The translations under genes and the position numbers were made by a program. The notes below the pieces were generated by a model, which worked only from the letters and a program-made list of their open reading frames with translations, had not been told where the DNA came from and ran no database searches. 64,000 bases of DNA from Spirochaetia bacterium (GTDB taxonomy: Bacteria; Spirochaetota; Spirochaetia; WTKD01; G963693115), in NCBI GenBank assembly GCA_965226055.1, contig CBDDCA010000005.1, forward strand, positions 640,001 through 704,000, given 5' to 3'. Of this stretch, positions 52,192 through 62,230 are shown in pieces (position 1 is the stretch's first letter; each line of letters opens with the position of its first letter).

Positions 52192-55100
52192 CTATGAGCT
52201 ACACTCTGCAGATCCTTTGAATTTTGGATACTTTGCTGTGTCACCATCCATAGCTGACCCAAAAAAAATTGTATTCAATTTCGAATATGTTATCTTACAT
52301 ACTTTCCATGATGATAAATCTTGATCAAAATTAGTAGCACTCAAAAACATACTACTCATAATAGTTACTTTACTCACATCCCAATCTCCTATATCTTTAT
52401 TAAAAGCACTTGCTTGAACAAACATTCTGTCTATACTAGTAACCTTACTCACATCCCAATCTCCTATGTCTTGATTAAAAACCTTTGCTCGAAGAAACAT
52501 TCTGCTCATATTAGTAACCTTACTCACATCCCAGCTTCCTATATCTTGATTAAAACTACTTGCTTGAAAAAACATAGTCTCCATATCCATTACATTACTG
52601 GTATTCCACTGTGTTATGTCTCCATTAAAAGTACTATCATCATTAAATAATTCACTCATATCAGTAATGGCACTGGTATCTATCATGTTGAGGTTGGGGC
52701 TATTGGTGTTTTGTCTCCCTGCTCCTTTTTCTGCAGTGATAATATCTTGTAGTGCTTTCTTTGTTGTTGGTCTGTAATAGTTAGCTGATTGCCCTGCTAG
52801 TTTCACCAGCCCTGTTTCTACATTGATAGTCGCAAGCGCCTTTTGTCCCAAGTATGCTCCTGCAGAAGTAATGGTACACTCCACTACTCCATAGTTATAC
52901 TCAGTTATAGCAGTATCATATATGTTTGATTTATTTGCTGTGCCTGTTATTGTTACTGTATTGGTATTTTTTGCAAATGTTACTGTTAGGCCTGTTTCTT
53001 CTTTGAGTGTACTGTTATCGTTATCTATTGTGCTTTCATCACAGGTAAAGGTAAGTCCACTAGGACTGATACTGGTAAGTACTCTTGTTGTATTTTGTGC
53101 AAGTGCTGTGCCTACTGTTGCTGATACCTTTGTGGCGTTTCCTATCACTATTGTTATGCTGGCAGATACTGTTGTTGCTTCTGCTGATACTTTTGTCTTT
53201 TTAAGGCTGTTTACTGCTACTGCGGTGATATAGTACTTTGTATTCAATCGTAGGTTGCGTATTGTATAGCTTGTTGCTCCTGTTGGTACATCATCTTTTT
53301 CTGCTCCTTCTTGTGCATCGCTTGCTCCTTGTGCTTGTGTTTTTACTGTTGCTCCATCTATGTTTGTTTTTGAGGCTGCATAATACACTATATAGTCTAT
53401 TTGATTATCTCTTAAATCAGTTCCTTCTGCTGTCGTTCCTTTTACGGTTGGGGCTGTTATGGTAAGTACTATGGTTGCTCCTTGTGCATTTGCTTGTATG
53501 GTGGGCTTTCCTGGTGCTGCATAGGCTTCTTTTGCTTCAAACTCCTTACGTAGCCCTGTTGCTTCTTTGTTGGTATCGGTGCTGTTTACTGCTTGCACTA
53601 CTATTTCGTAAGTTGTGCCTACTGTCAATCCTGTCAGAGTGCTGTTGGGTGTGCCTGCTGCTACTGTTGTGGAGCTTCCTGCTGCTGTTTTTATTGCTGC
53701 TACGCTTTTTGCACTGCCACTTTTGGCTACTTTGTATACTTTGTACGATACTTGTGCTACTGTTAGGGTGTCTCCTTTGTTTGTTTTGTGGCTTGCATTG
53801 AGTCTGGGGGCTGTCCACGATATTGTTGCGTTGCCTTCTGTTACTCCTCCTACTTGTATGTTGCTTACTTCTGCGGGAGCTGTCGCTTGTGATGCGGTTG
53901 TTACACTTGCCACTGTTGATACTGCTTTTTTGCTTGTGTCTGTTTTTACTGCTACTTCTACCACAAAGTGATACTTTGTTGCTCCTTTTATTGCTACTAC
54001 TGGATCTGTATCTGCAGACAAGCCTAAACTGCTAAGGGCTGATACTGTGTACACTCCGCTACTTGCACTGCCTATGGTTACTTTTCTGCCTCTTTGTACT
54101 TCTGCTACTGTTGGAGTGCTGTCTTTCTGTAAGCCATACACTGTGTATACTAGCTCATCATTGCTTGTTACTGTTGTGCCATCTTTGTTTTTTGCTCCTG
54201 TTATTGTGCTTAACTGTGTGAGTACGAGCTTTATTGTTCCTACTGTGTTTGTTGAGGGTGATACTACCAGCTTGCCTGTTAAGGACGATGTTGGGGCTGT
54301 TGCTTTTGAGGTGGGAATAGTGCTTAATTCTAGTTTTTGTATCAGTGCGGGATCTTTGCTTTGTGCTTTCTTTGTCGCATAGGGATTGAGGCTGTTTATT
54401 GCTTCTATGCCTATGGTGTATACTGCTCCTTTTGTTCCTATAAATGTTCCTCGTAAGCTGCTGTTTCCTGCTAGCTCTTGTGTTTGTACTCCTCCCATTG
54501 CTTTTATTTCCGCTATGCTTTTAGTACTCTGGTCTCCTGCTACTATGTATACTTTGTACTGTATTTGTGCTTGTGTGAGTTGTCTGTCGTTGGGTGCTTT
54601 GTGCTTACTGGTAATTGTTCCTTTTTGAAATTCGTACTGTACGGTATCGCTTGTTTGTGTTGATGTTTCGATAAACAGTGATAGGCTTTCTGGTGCTGGG
54701 GGAACAGTGGATACTGCATCATATACTGCTACTTTATCAGTGAGCGTTGTTGGGGGACTTACTCTGTTATTTTCTACTGTGAGAAAGGTAAAGCTATAGC
54801 TTTTTGCATTTGCTTGTGTTGAGGATACTTCTACGCCATCTGCTATACCAAAGCTAATAGTGGTAGCTGTACTTGTTATGCTTTTTTCCGCTACCAAGTT
54901 TGTGCCATCTAACATACGCAGGGTGTAGTATCGTCCTATGCCTGGAGATTGCTTAAAGGTTGCTTTTATTTGTATTGCTCCTGTTGTTGTAACTAGGGCA
55001 GGCTTGCTTTGAAAGAGATCTTCTGAGGGAGCTGTGAGTGAGTTGGGCGTAGTTATGTCTTTTGTGGCTTGTGTGCTTTTGTTTCCTGCATAGTCTATTG

Positions 55101-56805
55101 CTTGTATTGTTATGGTGTATGTTTTGCCTTGCGTGAGTTCTTCGACAGAGAGTAAGTTTGTGGGATAGGGTATTTTCTTCTCGCTCAGTACTGTGGTGCT
55201 TGTGCTTTTCTCTGCTATGCTTACACTGTATTCTTTTATGTCTTTGTTGTTGGCTTTTGTTGCATCGGGGGCTGTCCATGTTATCTGTGTGCCTACTTTT
55301 GTATTTGATACAAAAGGATAGCGTGCTTGTATGCTTGTCACTGCATCGGGGGCGGTGCTATCTGCTGATGTGTTGACTGTGGCTGTTGCTTCTGTTCCTT
55401 TGTTGCCTGCACTGTCCATTGATACGACTGCCACTGTATACTCGGTGGTAGCTTTGAGGCCTGTTATCTGCGTGTTTCTTAGTGTTCTATCAGTTATTGT
55501 CACTGTCTTTGCTGGGGTACTGCTGTCCTTTTCTGTTGCTGTTATAGTCACTCCTGCATAGTCTCGTACATCGGGGGCTTGCCAGCCTACTACTATGCTT
55601 GTTGCTCCTCCTACTGCACTTACATTGGTCGCGGGCTTTGTTGTTTTGTCAGTTGTCGCTTGTTCTTTTGACACTGCAGTGGAGTACTTTCCGTTTTGAA
55701 AAACATACACTTCTACTTTGTACGTAAGCGTGCCGTAGAGTTTTGTGAGGGCTATGCCATCCTTCGCTACATACACAGTGGCGTACTCTTTGTTGTCTGC
55801 ACTTGCTCTGCTGAGTGTTGCAGTACTGCTATTGTTCACAGTTTCCTCTGCTACTACTGTATTTGTTGCAGTTGCTATAACGCGTACTAAGAGGCTTTTG
55901 TCTGTAAAAGTAAAGCTCCCCCATTTGATAAGCAGGCTTTCATCGGCTGGGCTATTGCTTTTATCGTTTGCTGTTACTGTAAGATCTGCCTCTGGCAGTG
56001 GCGTTACTGTTTGTGAAAGCTGGGATGCTTGCACGCCTGTCAGTACTGTTGCAGGACTGCTTGTGTTGTCATTTCTGTCTTTGTAGCGTATTTCTACATC
56101 ATAGGATATGCCTGCAAGCGTGGAGACATTTGAAAGTATAACTTCTCCTTGCTGTAGGTTTTGCACGGTAGCTTGCGCAAGCACTATGCCACCAGTTGTG
56201 CTTTTTACCACTATCGTTGCTTCGGCTATATCTGTCTTGCCTGATGCAAGTCGCTCTTTGTCCCATGTTATCTTTATGCCATCCCCCGACTTCTCTACTC
56301 CTACCTGTGTCAATGTGTCCTGTGGTGCAGTAGTATCTATCAGCGTTGTCACGGAACGTGTTGTTTTTGGTGATACTTCTGTGTCTTTTTGTGCTTCTAT
56401 CTCTACGGTGTAGTTGGTGAGTGCTTGTAAGCCTTTGAGTTGGTACGATTGTCCTTGTTGAAAGAGCGTTTGATATTCTATTGCAGGAACACGCACTTGT
56501 ATTGATTGTGCTGGCGTTGTTGATGTAGCTTTTACGACTACATGCGTGGCATCGCTGGGAGCTTCCCAGCGTAACGAGAGTGTCCCATCGTTGCTTGCTA
56601 CTTGTATCTGCACATTGGACACTGATGCAATTGTCGGGGTTACTGGTGTTCCCCCTCCGCCTGATGAGGAACTGCTACTGCCCTCCGAACATCCTACGAG
56701 TACGAGGATTGCTAGCACTAAAAATAGTGTAACTAGAGTTATGCTATACTTATTTTGTAGCTTACTATTAAGCTGATAGTTTAGTTTTTCATTACTTTTT
56801 TTCAT
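52192..56805 (-). CDS. Large surface lipoprotein, FN3-like stalk plus C-terminal DUF285/BspA-type LRR head (paralogue 2)
   Basis: LVGC lipobox; long blocks nearly identical to 15966-20684; FNQDIGDWDVSKVT repeats. Confidence 0.9.
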   Translation of the reverse strand: MKKSNEKLNYQLNSKLQNKYSITLVTLFLVLAILVLVGCSEGSSSSSSGGGGTPVTPTIASVSNVQIQVASNDGTLSLRWEAPSDATHVVVKATSTTPAQSIQVRVPAIEYQTLFQQGQSYQLKGLQALTNYTVEIEAQKDTEVSPKTTRSVTTLIDTTAPQDTLTQVGVEKSGDGIKITWDKERLASGKTDIAEATIVVKSTTGGIVLAQATVQNLQQGEVILSNVSTLAGISYDVEIRYKDRNDNTSSPATVLTGVQASQLSQTVTPLPEADLTVTANDKSNSPADESLLIKWGSFTFTDKSLLVRVIATATNTVVAEETVNNSSTATLSRASADNKEYATVYVAKDGIALTKLYGTLTYKVEVYVFQNGKYSTAVSKEQATTDKTTKPATNVSAVGGATSIVVGWQAPDVRDYAGVTITATEKDSSTPAKTVTITDRTLRNTQITGLKATTEYTVAVVSMDSAGNKGTEATATVNTSADSTAPDAVTSIQARYPFVSNTKVGTQITWTAPDATKANNKDIKEYSVSIAEKSTSTTVLSEKKIPYPTNLLSVEELTQGKTYTITIQAIDYAGNKSTQATKDITTPNSLTAPSEDLFQSKPALVTTTGAIQIKATFKQSPGIGRYYTLRMLDGTNLVAEKSITSTATTISFGIADGVEVSSTQANAKSYSFTFLTVENNRVSPPTTLTDKVAVYDAVSTVPPAPESLSLFIETSTQTSDTVQYEFQKGTITSKHKAPNDRQLTQAQIQYKVYIVAGDQSTKSIAEIKAMGGVQTQELAGNSSLRGTFIGTKGAVYTIGIEAINSLNPYATKKAQSKDPALIQKLELSTIPTSKATAPTSSLTGKLVVSPSTNTVGTIKLVLTQLSTITGAKNKDGTTVTSNDELVYTVYGLQKDSTPTVAEVQRGRKVTIGSASSGVYTVSALSSLGLSADTDPVVAIKGATKYHFVVEVAVKTDTSKKAVSTVASVTTASQATAPAEVSNIQVGGVTEGNATISWTAPRLNASHKTNKGDTLTVAQVSYKVYKVAKSGSAKSVAAIKTAAGSSTTVAAGTPNSTLTGLTVGTTYEIVVQAVNSTDTNKEATGLRKEFEAKEAYAAPGKPTIQANAQGATIVLTITAPTVKGTTAEGTDLRDNQIDYIVYYAASKTNIDGATVKTQAQGASDAQEGAEKDDVPTGATSYTIRNLRLNTKYYITAVAVNSLKKTKVSAEATTVSASITIVIGNATKVSATVGTALAQNTTRVLTSISPSGLTFTCDESTIDNDNSTLKEETGLTVTFAKNTNTVTITGTANKSNIYDTAITEYNYGVVECTITSAGAYLGQKALATINVETGLVKLAGQSANYYRPTTKKALQDIITAEKGAGRQNTNSPNLNMIDTSAITDMSELFNDDSTFNGDITQWNTSNVMDMETMFFQASSFNQDIGSWDVSKVTNMSRMFLRAKVFNQDIGDWDVSKVTSIDRMFVQASAFNKDIGDWDVSKVTIMSSMFLSATNFDQDLSSWKVCKITYSKLNTIFFGSAMDGDTAKYPKFKGSAECSS

Positions 56806-56859
56806 AATGATCTCCTTTTATTATTCATTATTGTGTAATTATCATTACACCTAAGCATA

Positions 56860-56923
56860 ATTATAGTACAAATACTATTTTTGTGTGTCATATCTGCAAA
56901 AAAAAAAAAAAAAAAAAAAAAAA
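56860..56923 (-). promoter_or_regulatory. -10 promoter element with upstream T26 tract (A26 at 56898-56923 on the + strand)
   Basis: TATAAT at 56865-56860 on the minus strand; the intervening sequence is homologous to 20756-20782. Confidence 0.7.
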
Positions 56924-57051
56924 TGCGTCAAAATTTACGTATAATATACATATACTCCTGCTGAGATATTTTTTAACACTTCTGCTTTTCTTCTAACTAG
57001 AATTTCCAATATCATACAAGCAAAATATACTACGCTCTATAATAAAGCATG

Positions 57052-57399
57052 CTAATGATGTATATCATATTCTCGAACGAAGTGTTCCATCTTTGAACAT
57101 CGGTATACAATGTCAATCTTTTTCCATCCTAACGTATCAAGAGAATACGATACTGTGTACCTCTTCTCCAAGAAAGCAATACTATCAGAGATAGCCTCAT
57201 CCCAATGTTCATCTACACGTAAAGACAATTCTTTCGACTGAGGAAAGCTATCCCACATGGTATGACTTAACTGAGGACACAAAAAAATTGTACCTTCGGG
57301 AGTCTGTGTAATTTCTCCTTTTAGCATATGCTCTCGAAACAAAGCATTCACATCATCCTGTGTTTCAATACTCACCTCTAAACAATATAAATACGACAT
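57052..57399 (-). CDS. Hypothetical protein (~115 aa)
   Basis: AGGAAGGT RBS before ATG 57399; globular-looking composition; no motif recognised. Confidence 0.65.
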   Translation of the reverse strand: MSYLYCLEVSIETQDDVNALFREHMLKGEITQTPEGTIFLCPQLSHTMWDSFPQSKELSLRVDEHWDEAISDSIAFLEKRYTVSYSLDTLGWKKIDIVYRCSKMEHFVREYDIHH

Positions 57400-57629
57400 A
57401 GTACCTTCCTTATCATCAAAAACAAGCAATACATGAAATTCTACTTGTATACATAGTATACTAGATATAGTGTAATATCTGCTATAATAATATATACTAT
57501 CACAATGCTTATTGTAAGTATTGTAGAATAAAGCATCACGTAGTATGAGTATAATGAAACATATCAGAAAAGCAAGACACGATAACTTTCTATAGCTTTT
57601 ATATCACAAAAACAAAAAAAGAGGCATGT

Positions 57630-58283
57630 ATGGGAAGAAAAATTTTTGTATCTTATAAACATGAGGATGACTCAGTTTTAAAACATGGTACTGCTGGCAC
57701 AGCACGAGATTATGTCGATGATTTAATTGATATTTTTGAGGAGGATAGGGAAATATACAAAGGGGAAGGAGATGAAGATTTAAGAGAATTTAAAGATGAA
57801 ACTAAAAAAAATAGATTAAAAGAAAAAATTCATGATAGTAGCATCACTATTGTGCTAATCTCTCCAAAAATGAAAGAAAAGAATAAAGCTGAAAAAGATC
57901 AATTTATACCATGGGAAATTGCATATTCATTAAAAGAAATAGAGAGGAACAATAAAAAAAGCCATCCGAATGCTGTACTTGCAGTGGTACTCCCAGATAA
58001 ATATGGCAATTATAGCTACTTTATTGAAGAACATACTTGTCAATACTGTAACGCTAGATTATTAAAAACAGATACTTTATTTCAAATACTCGCCAACAAT
58101 ATGTTTAATAAAATAGATAAAACTTTTAGTGATTGTAATCATTGTAACAGCTATATTGATGAACCTTCCTATATCCTATCAGTAAAATGGGAAAATTTCA
58201 TTGAAGATAAAGATCACTACTTAGAAAGAGCAGTAGACATAAGAGACAACAGAAAAAGCTACAACATTACGAAAGAAATATGA
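57630..58283 (+). CDS. MTH538/DUF1863 TIR-like protein (ThsB-like)
   Basis: KIFVSYK, DSSITIVLISP, IPWEIAYSL (catalytic Glu); GAGG RBS. Confidence 0.88.
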   Translation: MGRKIFVSYKHEDDSVLKHGTAGTARDYVDDLIDIFEEDREIYKGEGDEDLREFKDETKKNRLKEKIHDSSITIVLISPKMKEKNKAEKDQFIPWEIAYSLKEIERNNKKSHPNAVLAVVLPDKYGNYSYFIEEHTCQYCNARLLKTDTLFQILANNMFNKIDKTFSDCNHCNSYIDEPSYILSVKWENFIEDKDHYLERAVDIRDNRKSYNITKEI

Positions 58284-58699
58284 CTGACAAAGAAGCCATA
58301 ACTAAACATTTAGAAATAATACAGGGAGTTATCAATCGTCTTGCCAATAATTCTTTTCTGATAAAGAGCTGGAGCATAACAATACTATCCGCTGTTATTG
58401 TATTTATCACCAATAGCAAATATCAAACAGAGTATATTATTCTATCGTTTGGTATTCCTGTTATTATTTTCTGGGGACTGGATGCATACTTTCTATGGCA
58501 AGAAAGACTATTTAGAGGCATATATGATGATGTTCGTCTACAAAAAACTACTCATTTTGAAATGAATATTTCCGCTCAAAAAGAAAAAAAGAACAATAAG
58601 TACTGGAACGCATTTTTTTCTACAACACTTATTCCTTTTTATATTGCTGAGATGATATTCATAGGAATAGTCTTCTATATTCTACGTCTATGCTTATGA
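58280..58699 (+). CDS. Small membrane protein coupled to the TIR gene (candidate effector)
   Basis: ATGA overlap with the TIR stop; HLEIIQGVINRLANNSF.IKSW, LDAYFLWQERLFR; about 3 TM helices. Confidence 0.85.
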   Translation: MTDKEAITKHLEIIQGVINRLANNSFLIKSWSITILSAVIVFITNSKYQTEYIILSFGIPVIIFWGLDAYFLWQERLFRGIYDDVRLQKTTHFEMNISAQKEKKNNKYWNAFFSTTLIPFYIAEMIFIGIVFYILRLCL

Positions 58700-59659
58700 T
58701 CCTTTTTTATAGCCTTTCAGCTGATCTACTCCTACTGCAACTAATAAAATAGCCCCACTTACTACATACTGATAGAATACAGGGATATTTATTAAATTCA
58801 TAACATTTTGCATTGTTCCCATAATAAATACACCAGCTACCACGCCTAACATAGTGGCTTTCCCTCCTTGTAAAGATACGCCTCCTAGTACACATGCAGA
58901 AATAACATTAAGCTCAAATCCTTGTGCTGAGTTTGGTTGTCCACTTGTCAATCTTGATGCTAAAATAAAACCTGCAAGAGCACAGATAAGCCCCTGTACC
59001 GAAAAATTTATAATGCGTACCTTATCAACACTTATCCCTGTTAAGTACACTGTCTCAGGATTTCCTCCTACTGCAAGCACATTTCTGCCGTACACAGTAT
59101 AATTTAGTACAATACCAAAAACAATAAATGTTATGATAGTAACAAACACAGGCAAAGGAACTCCAAATAAATCTGATGTCCCCAGAAAAAAGAAACGAGA
59201 ATCTCTTGCTCCTATCGCTTGTCCTCCTGATACAATAAAAGCAAGCCCTCTAATCATCTGCATGGAAGCTAAGGTTGCTATCAATGCGTTTATTTTTAGC
59301 TTTGAAACAAAAAAGCCGTTCATCCCTCCAACGATAACTCCTGCTATGAGAGTTACTGCTATAGATGCCACTATGCTTCCTGTAGCATTGATTATCACAA
59401 CAGACAAAACACCAAAAAAAGCAACTTGCGATCCTACTGATAAATCAAAATCTCTGGAAGCGAGGCAAAGCATCATAGTAGAGGCAACCATGCCAATTTG
59501 AGATACAGACAACAACAATCCTAGTAAATTTCTTTTACTAAAAAAATAAGGGACAAATAATGAACATATCAAAAACAATGCAATAAAAACAAACACCATC
59601 ATCGATTCTTGATACAGTACTGCTACAAAATTCTTTCTCTGTATTTTACTCACTGACAT
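58694..59659 (-). CDS. araH: L-arabinose-type ABC transporter permease
   Basis: DFDLSVGS, INALIATL, GFELNVISACVLGGVSL. Confidence 0.88.
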   Translation of the reverse strand: MSVSKIQRKNFVAVLYQESMMVFVFIALFLICSLFVPYFFSKRNLLGLLLSVSQIGMVASTMMLCLASRDFDLSVGSQVAFFGVLSVVIINATGSIVASIAVTLIAGVIVGGMNGFFVSKLKINALIATLASMQMIRGLAFIVSGGQAIGARDSRFFFLGTSDLFGVPLPVFVTIITFIVFGIVLNYTVYGRNVLAVGGNPETVYLTGISVDKVRIINFSVQGLICALAGFILASRLTSGQPNSAQGFELNVISACVLGGVSLQGGKATMLGVVAGVFIMGTMQNVMNLINIPVFYQYVVSGAILLVAVGVDQLKGYKKGS

Positions 59660-59661
59660 TC

Positions 59662-61161
59662 CTACTCACCTCCATAGGGAAACGCATATTCTAATATTTT
59701 TTCTTCTATAAATTCGCTTCTTTCTAGTTCTTTAGAAATACTTCCTTCTCTCATAACATACAATCTATCACACACTCCCATTATCTCAGAAATATCACTT
59801 GAAATCATAATAACGCCTATTCCTTTCTCTGCTAACGAATATAATATATTGTATATTTCAGATTTAGCTCCTACATCTATTCCTCTTGTTGGCTCATCTA
59901 CAATCAAAATTTTCATTCCTTGTTCAGATAACCATCGTGCTAAAATAACTTTCTGCTGATTACCTCCAGAAAGATGAATGATATTTTGATATAAATGAGG
60001 AGTCTTAATAGACAACGCATCTTTTTGTTCCGTTGCCTTTTGAAATTCCATGCTTTTATTCAAAAAAAACTTTCCATACGAATAATGCCTTCTTGCACTT
60101 ATATTGATGTTCTCCCATATAGGACGACCATGAATGATGCCATCTTTTTTTCTGTCCTCTGTACAAAACATTATGCCTTCTCGTATAGAGTCCTTTGGAG
60201 TCATTGTGTGAAACACCTTATCGTATACCGATACCGTACCTTCTCTGGCTTCAACACCATAGAGCAAGCGTGCAAGCTCACTTCTTCCTGCTCCTACCAA
60301 GCCAAACAAACCAACTATTTCTCCATTTCGTACAGTCATGTCTACAGGGGTATCTATCCCCTTTCCTTTTATTGCCTTTGTGCTTAGCACAGTCTTTCCA
60401 TACGCTCTCTTTCTATATCCATAAATATCCTGTATTTTTTTCCCTGTCATTGCCGTAATAAGATCATCTCTCGATAAGGATTGTTTTGATATATCCTCAG
60501 TCATTATATGCTGTCCATCCTTTAAGACAGTACAGGTGTCACATACATCAAATATCTCTTTTAGTCTATGAGAGACATATATAATAACTTTCCCTGCTTC
60601 TTTCAGTCTATGTATAATTGTAAAAAGAACATCTGTCTCAAACTTTGATAAACTACTCGTTGGCTCATCAAAAGCGATAATCTTAGCATCATGATAGAGG
60701 GCTTTCGCTATCTCAACCATTTGCTGTTGTCCTATACTTATTTCAGAAATCTTTACTCTTGGATCTATATCTATAGCATGTGTATGCAAAAAATCTCCGA
60801 CTTCATCAAACATTGTTTTCCATCGCACAAATTTGTATTTTGAAGCATACGTGCCTAAGGTAATGTTTTCTGCTACCGTTTGATTAGAAACTAGTTGTAA
60901 CTCCTGATGTATGACTCTTACTCCACACTTAATAGCATCAAAAGGAGTAGAGAAATGTTTCTTTACTCCTTCTATCTCTATATGCCCATTATCCGCAATA
61001 TAATATCCCGAAAGAATTTTAAGCAGAGTAGATTTTCCTGCTCCATTTTCTCCTATGAGACCATGCACTGACCCTTCATGTATTCCAAAGTGTACTGCAT
61101 TTAATGCCTGTACACCAGGAAAACGCTTTGAAACATTGTTGAAAGTCAGTAATGCTCTCAT
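59662..61161 (-). CDS. araG: L-arabinose-type ABC transporter ATP-binding protein
   Basis: GENGAGKS, FDEPT, LSGGNQQK, DEPTRGIDVGAK. Confidence 0.88.
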   Translation of the reverse strand: MRALLTFNNVSKRFPGVQALNAVHFGIHEGSVHGLIGENGAGKSTLLKILSGYYIADNGHIEIEGVKKHFSTPFDAIKCGVRVIHQELQLVSNQTVAENITLGTYASKYKFVRWKTMFDEVGDFLHTHAIDIDPRVKISEISIGQQQMVEIAKALYHDAKIIAFDEPTSSLSKFETDVLFTIIHRLKEAGKVIIYVSHRLKEIFDVCDTCTVLKDGQHIMTEDISKQSLSRDDLITAMTGKKIQDIYGYRKRAYGKTVLSTKAIKGKGIDTPVDMTVRNGEIVGLFGLVGAGRSELARLLYGVEAREGTVSVYDKVFHTMTPKDSIREGIMFCTEDRKKDGIIHGRPIWENINISARRHYSYGKFFLNKSMEFQKATEQKDALSIKTPHLYQNIIHLSGGNQQKVILARWLSEQGMKILIVDEPTRGIDVGAKSEIYNILYSLAEKGIGVIMISSDISEIMGVCDRLYVMREGSISKELERSEFIEEKILEYAFPYGGE

Positions 61162-61164
61162 ATA

Positions 61165-62163
61165 TTATTCTAACCCTAAATCTTTTCTTACCTGCGAATA
61201 ATTGTTTCTTGTTGCTAATTTTCCAGTAGTATAGGTGAGCTTAGGTGGTTCTGTTCCGTTTACAACCCACTCATACATATTGGTAGAAGTTTCGTACCCA
61301 TGCCTCTTAGGACTGATAATGATTGTCCCAAAAAACCCTGTAGCCTCGTCTTTTTCAAACTCATCTATTGCAAAATCACTGCCATTTATTCCTACCCCTA
61401 TTATATTACTCTTAGGTACTCCATTCCCTTCTAAAGCTCTCACTGCCCCCAGTACACCAGCATCATTTGATGAAAACGCTACCCAATTTTTTGCTTCTGG
61501 ATTTTTTGCAATAGCAATATTAGCAGCATCAAATGCTCCTTCTGTGGTGGGAGATTTTCGTGGTGATTCAATAATATTTTCTGCAAGAAAACCATTCGCT
61601 AAAAGGGCTTCAGTAGCTCCATCTGTTCTATTTTTTGAAGTAGGCAATTCATTCAAACTTACTCGTATAGCATATGTGTCCTCAGGCTTCCATGACCGTG
61701 CTTTCATTTCATCGGCTATAGCAGTACCTACTAGCTTGCCTATCTCAAATGCATCAATACCCATATGAACCACTTCTTCTATCGGAGCTCCGTCATTTCC
61801 TAACAGACGATCATCTACTGTCATGAGCTTTAGATTATTCGCTTTCGCTCGTGCCACTACTGCTGTTCCAAGTTTTACATCAGGAACACAGATAATTACT
61901 CCTTGAGCCTGTTGTGCTCCAAGATTATCTAATGCAGCTACCACTTGCTCGCCATCACTCGCCCCTATTTTTACTAAGGTAAACCCTTTTTCTTTTGCAG
62001 CTATTTCTGCAAACTTCCATTCATCAAGAAACCACGGCTCTTGAGCATCTTTCACAACAAAACCAATTTTTATCTCATTGTTTTCCTCTGAACCTGCAGA
62101 AAAAACAACAGTAGGCAAAAATAATAGCATTGCTACCATAAGTAATATGTGTACTACTTTCAT
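61165..62163 (-). CDS. araF: Arabinose-binding protein, copy 1
   Basis: KIGFVVK..QEPWF..EWKFA, ICVPD, TVDD, IGVGING. Confidence 0.85.
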   Translation of the reverse strand: MKVVHILLMVAMLLFLPTVVFSAGSEENNEIKIGFVVKDAQEPWFLDEWKFAEIAAKEKGFTLVKIGASDGEQVVAALDNLGAQQAQGVIICVPDVKLGTAVVARAKANNLKLMTVDDRLLGNDGAPIEEVVHMGIDAFEIGKLVGTAIADEMKARSWKPEDTYAIRVSLNELPTSKNRTDGATEALLANGFLAENIIESPRKSPTTEGAFDAANIAIAKNPEAKNWVAFSSNDAGVLGAVRALEGNGVPKSNIIGVGINGSDFAIDEFEKDEATGFFGTIIISPKRHGYETSTNMYEWVVNGTEPPKLTYTTGKLATRNNYSQVRKDLGLE

Positions 62164-62230
62164 ATTAACTCCTAAGTATGTATATTTATACTTATTAGTA
62201 TAACAAAATCATACTTTTATTGTATCTACT

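Noticed and set aside
52321-56776. Nested + strand ORFs within both LRR lipoprotein genes (also 16095-20655)
   Set aside because: Same shadow effect from skewed codon usage on the coding strand.
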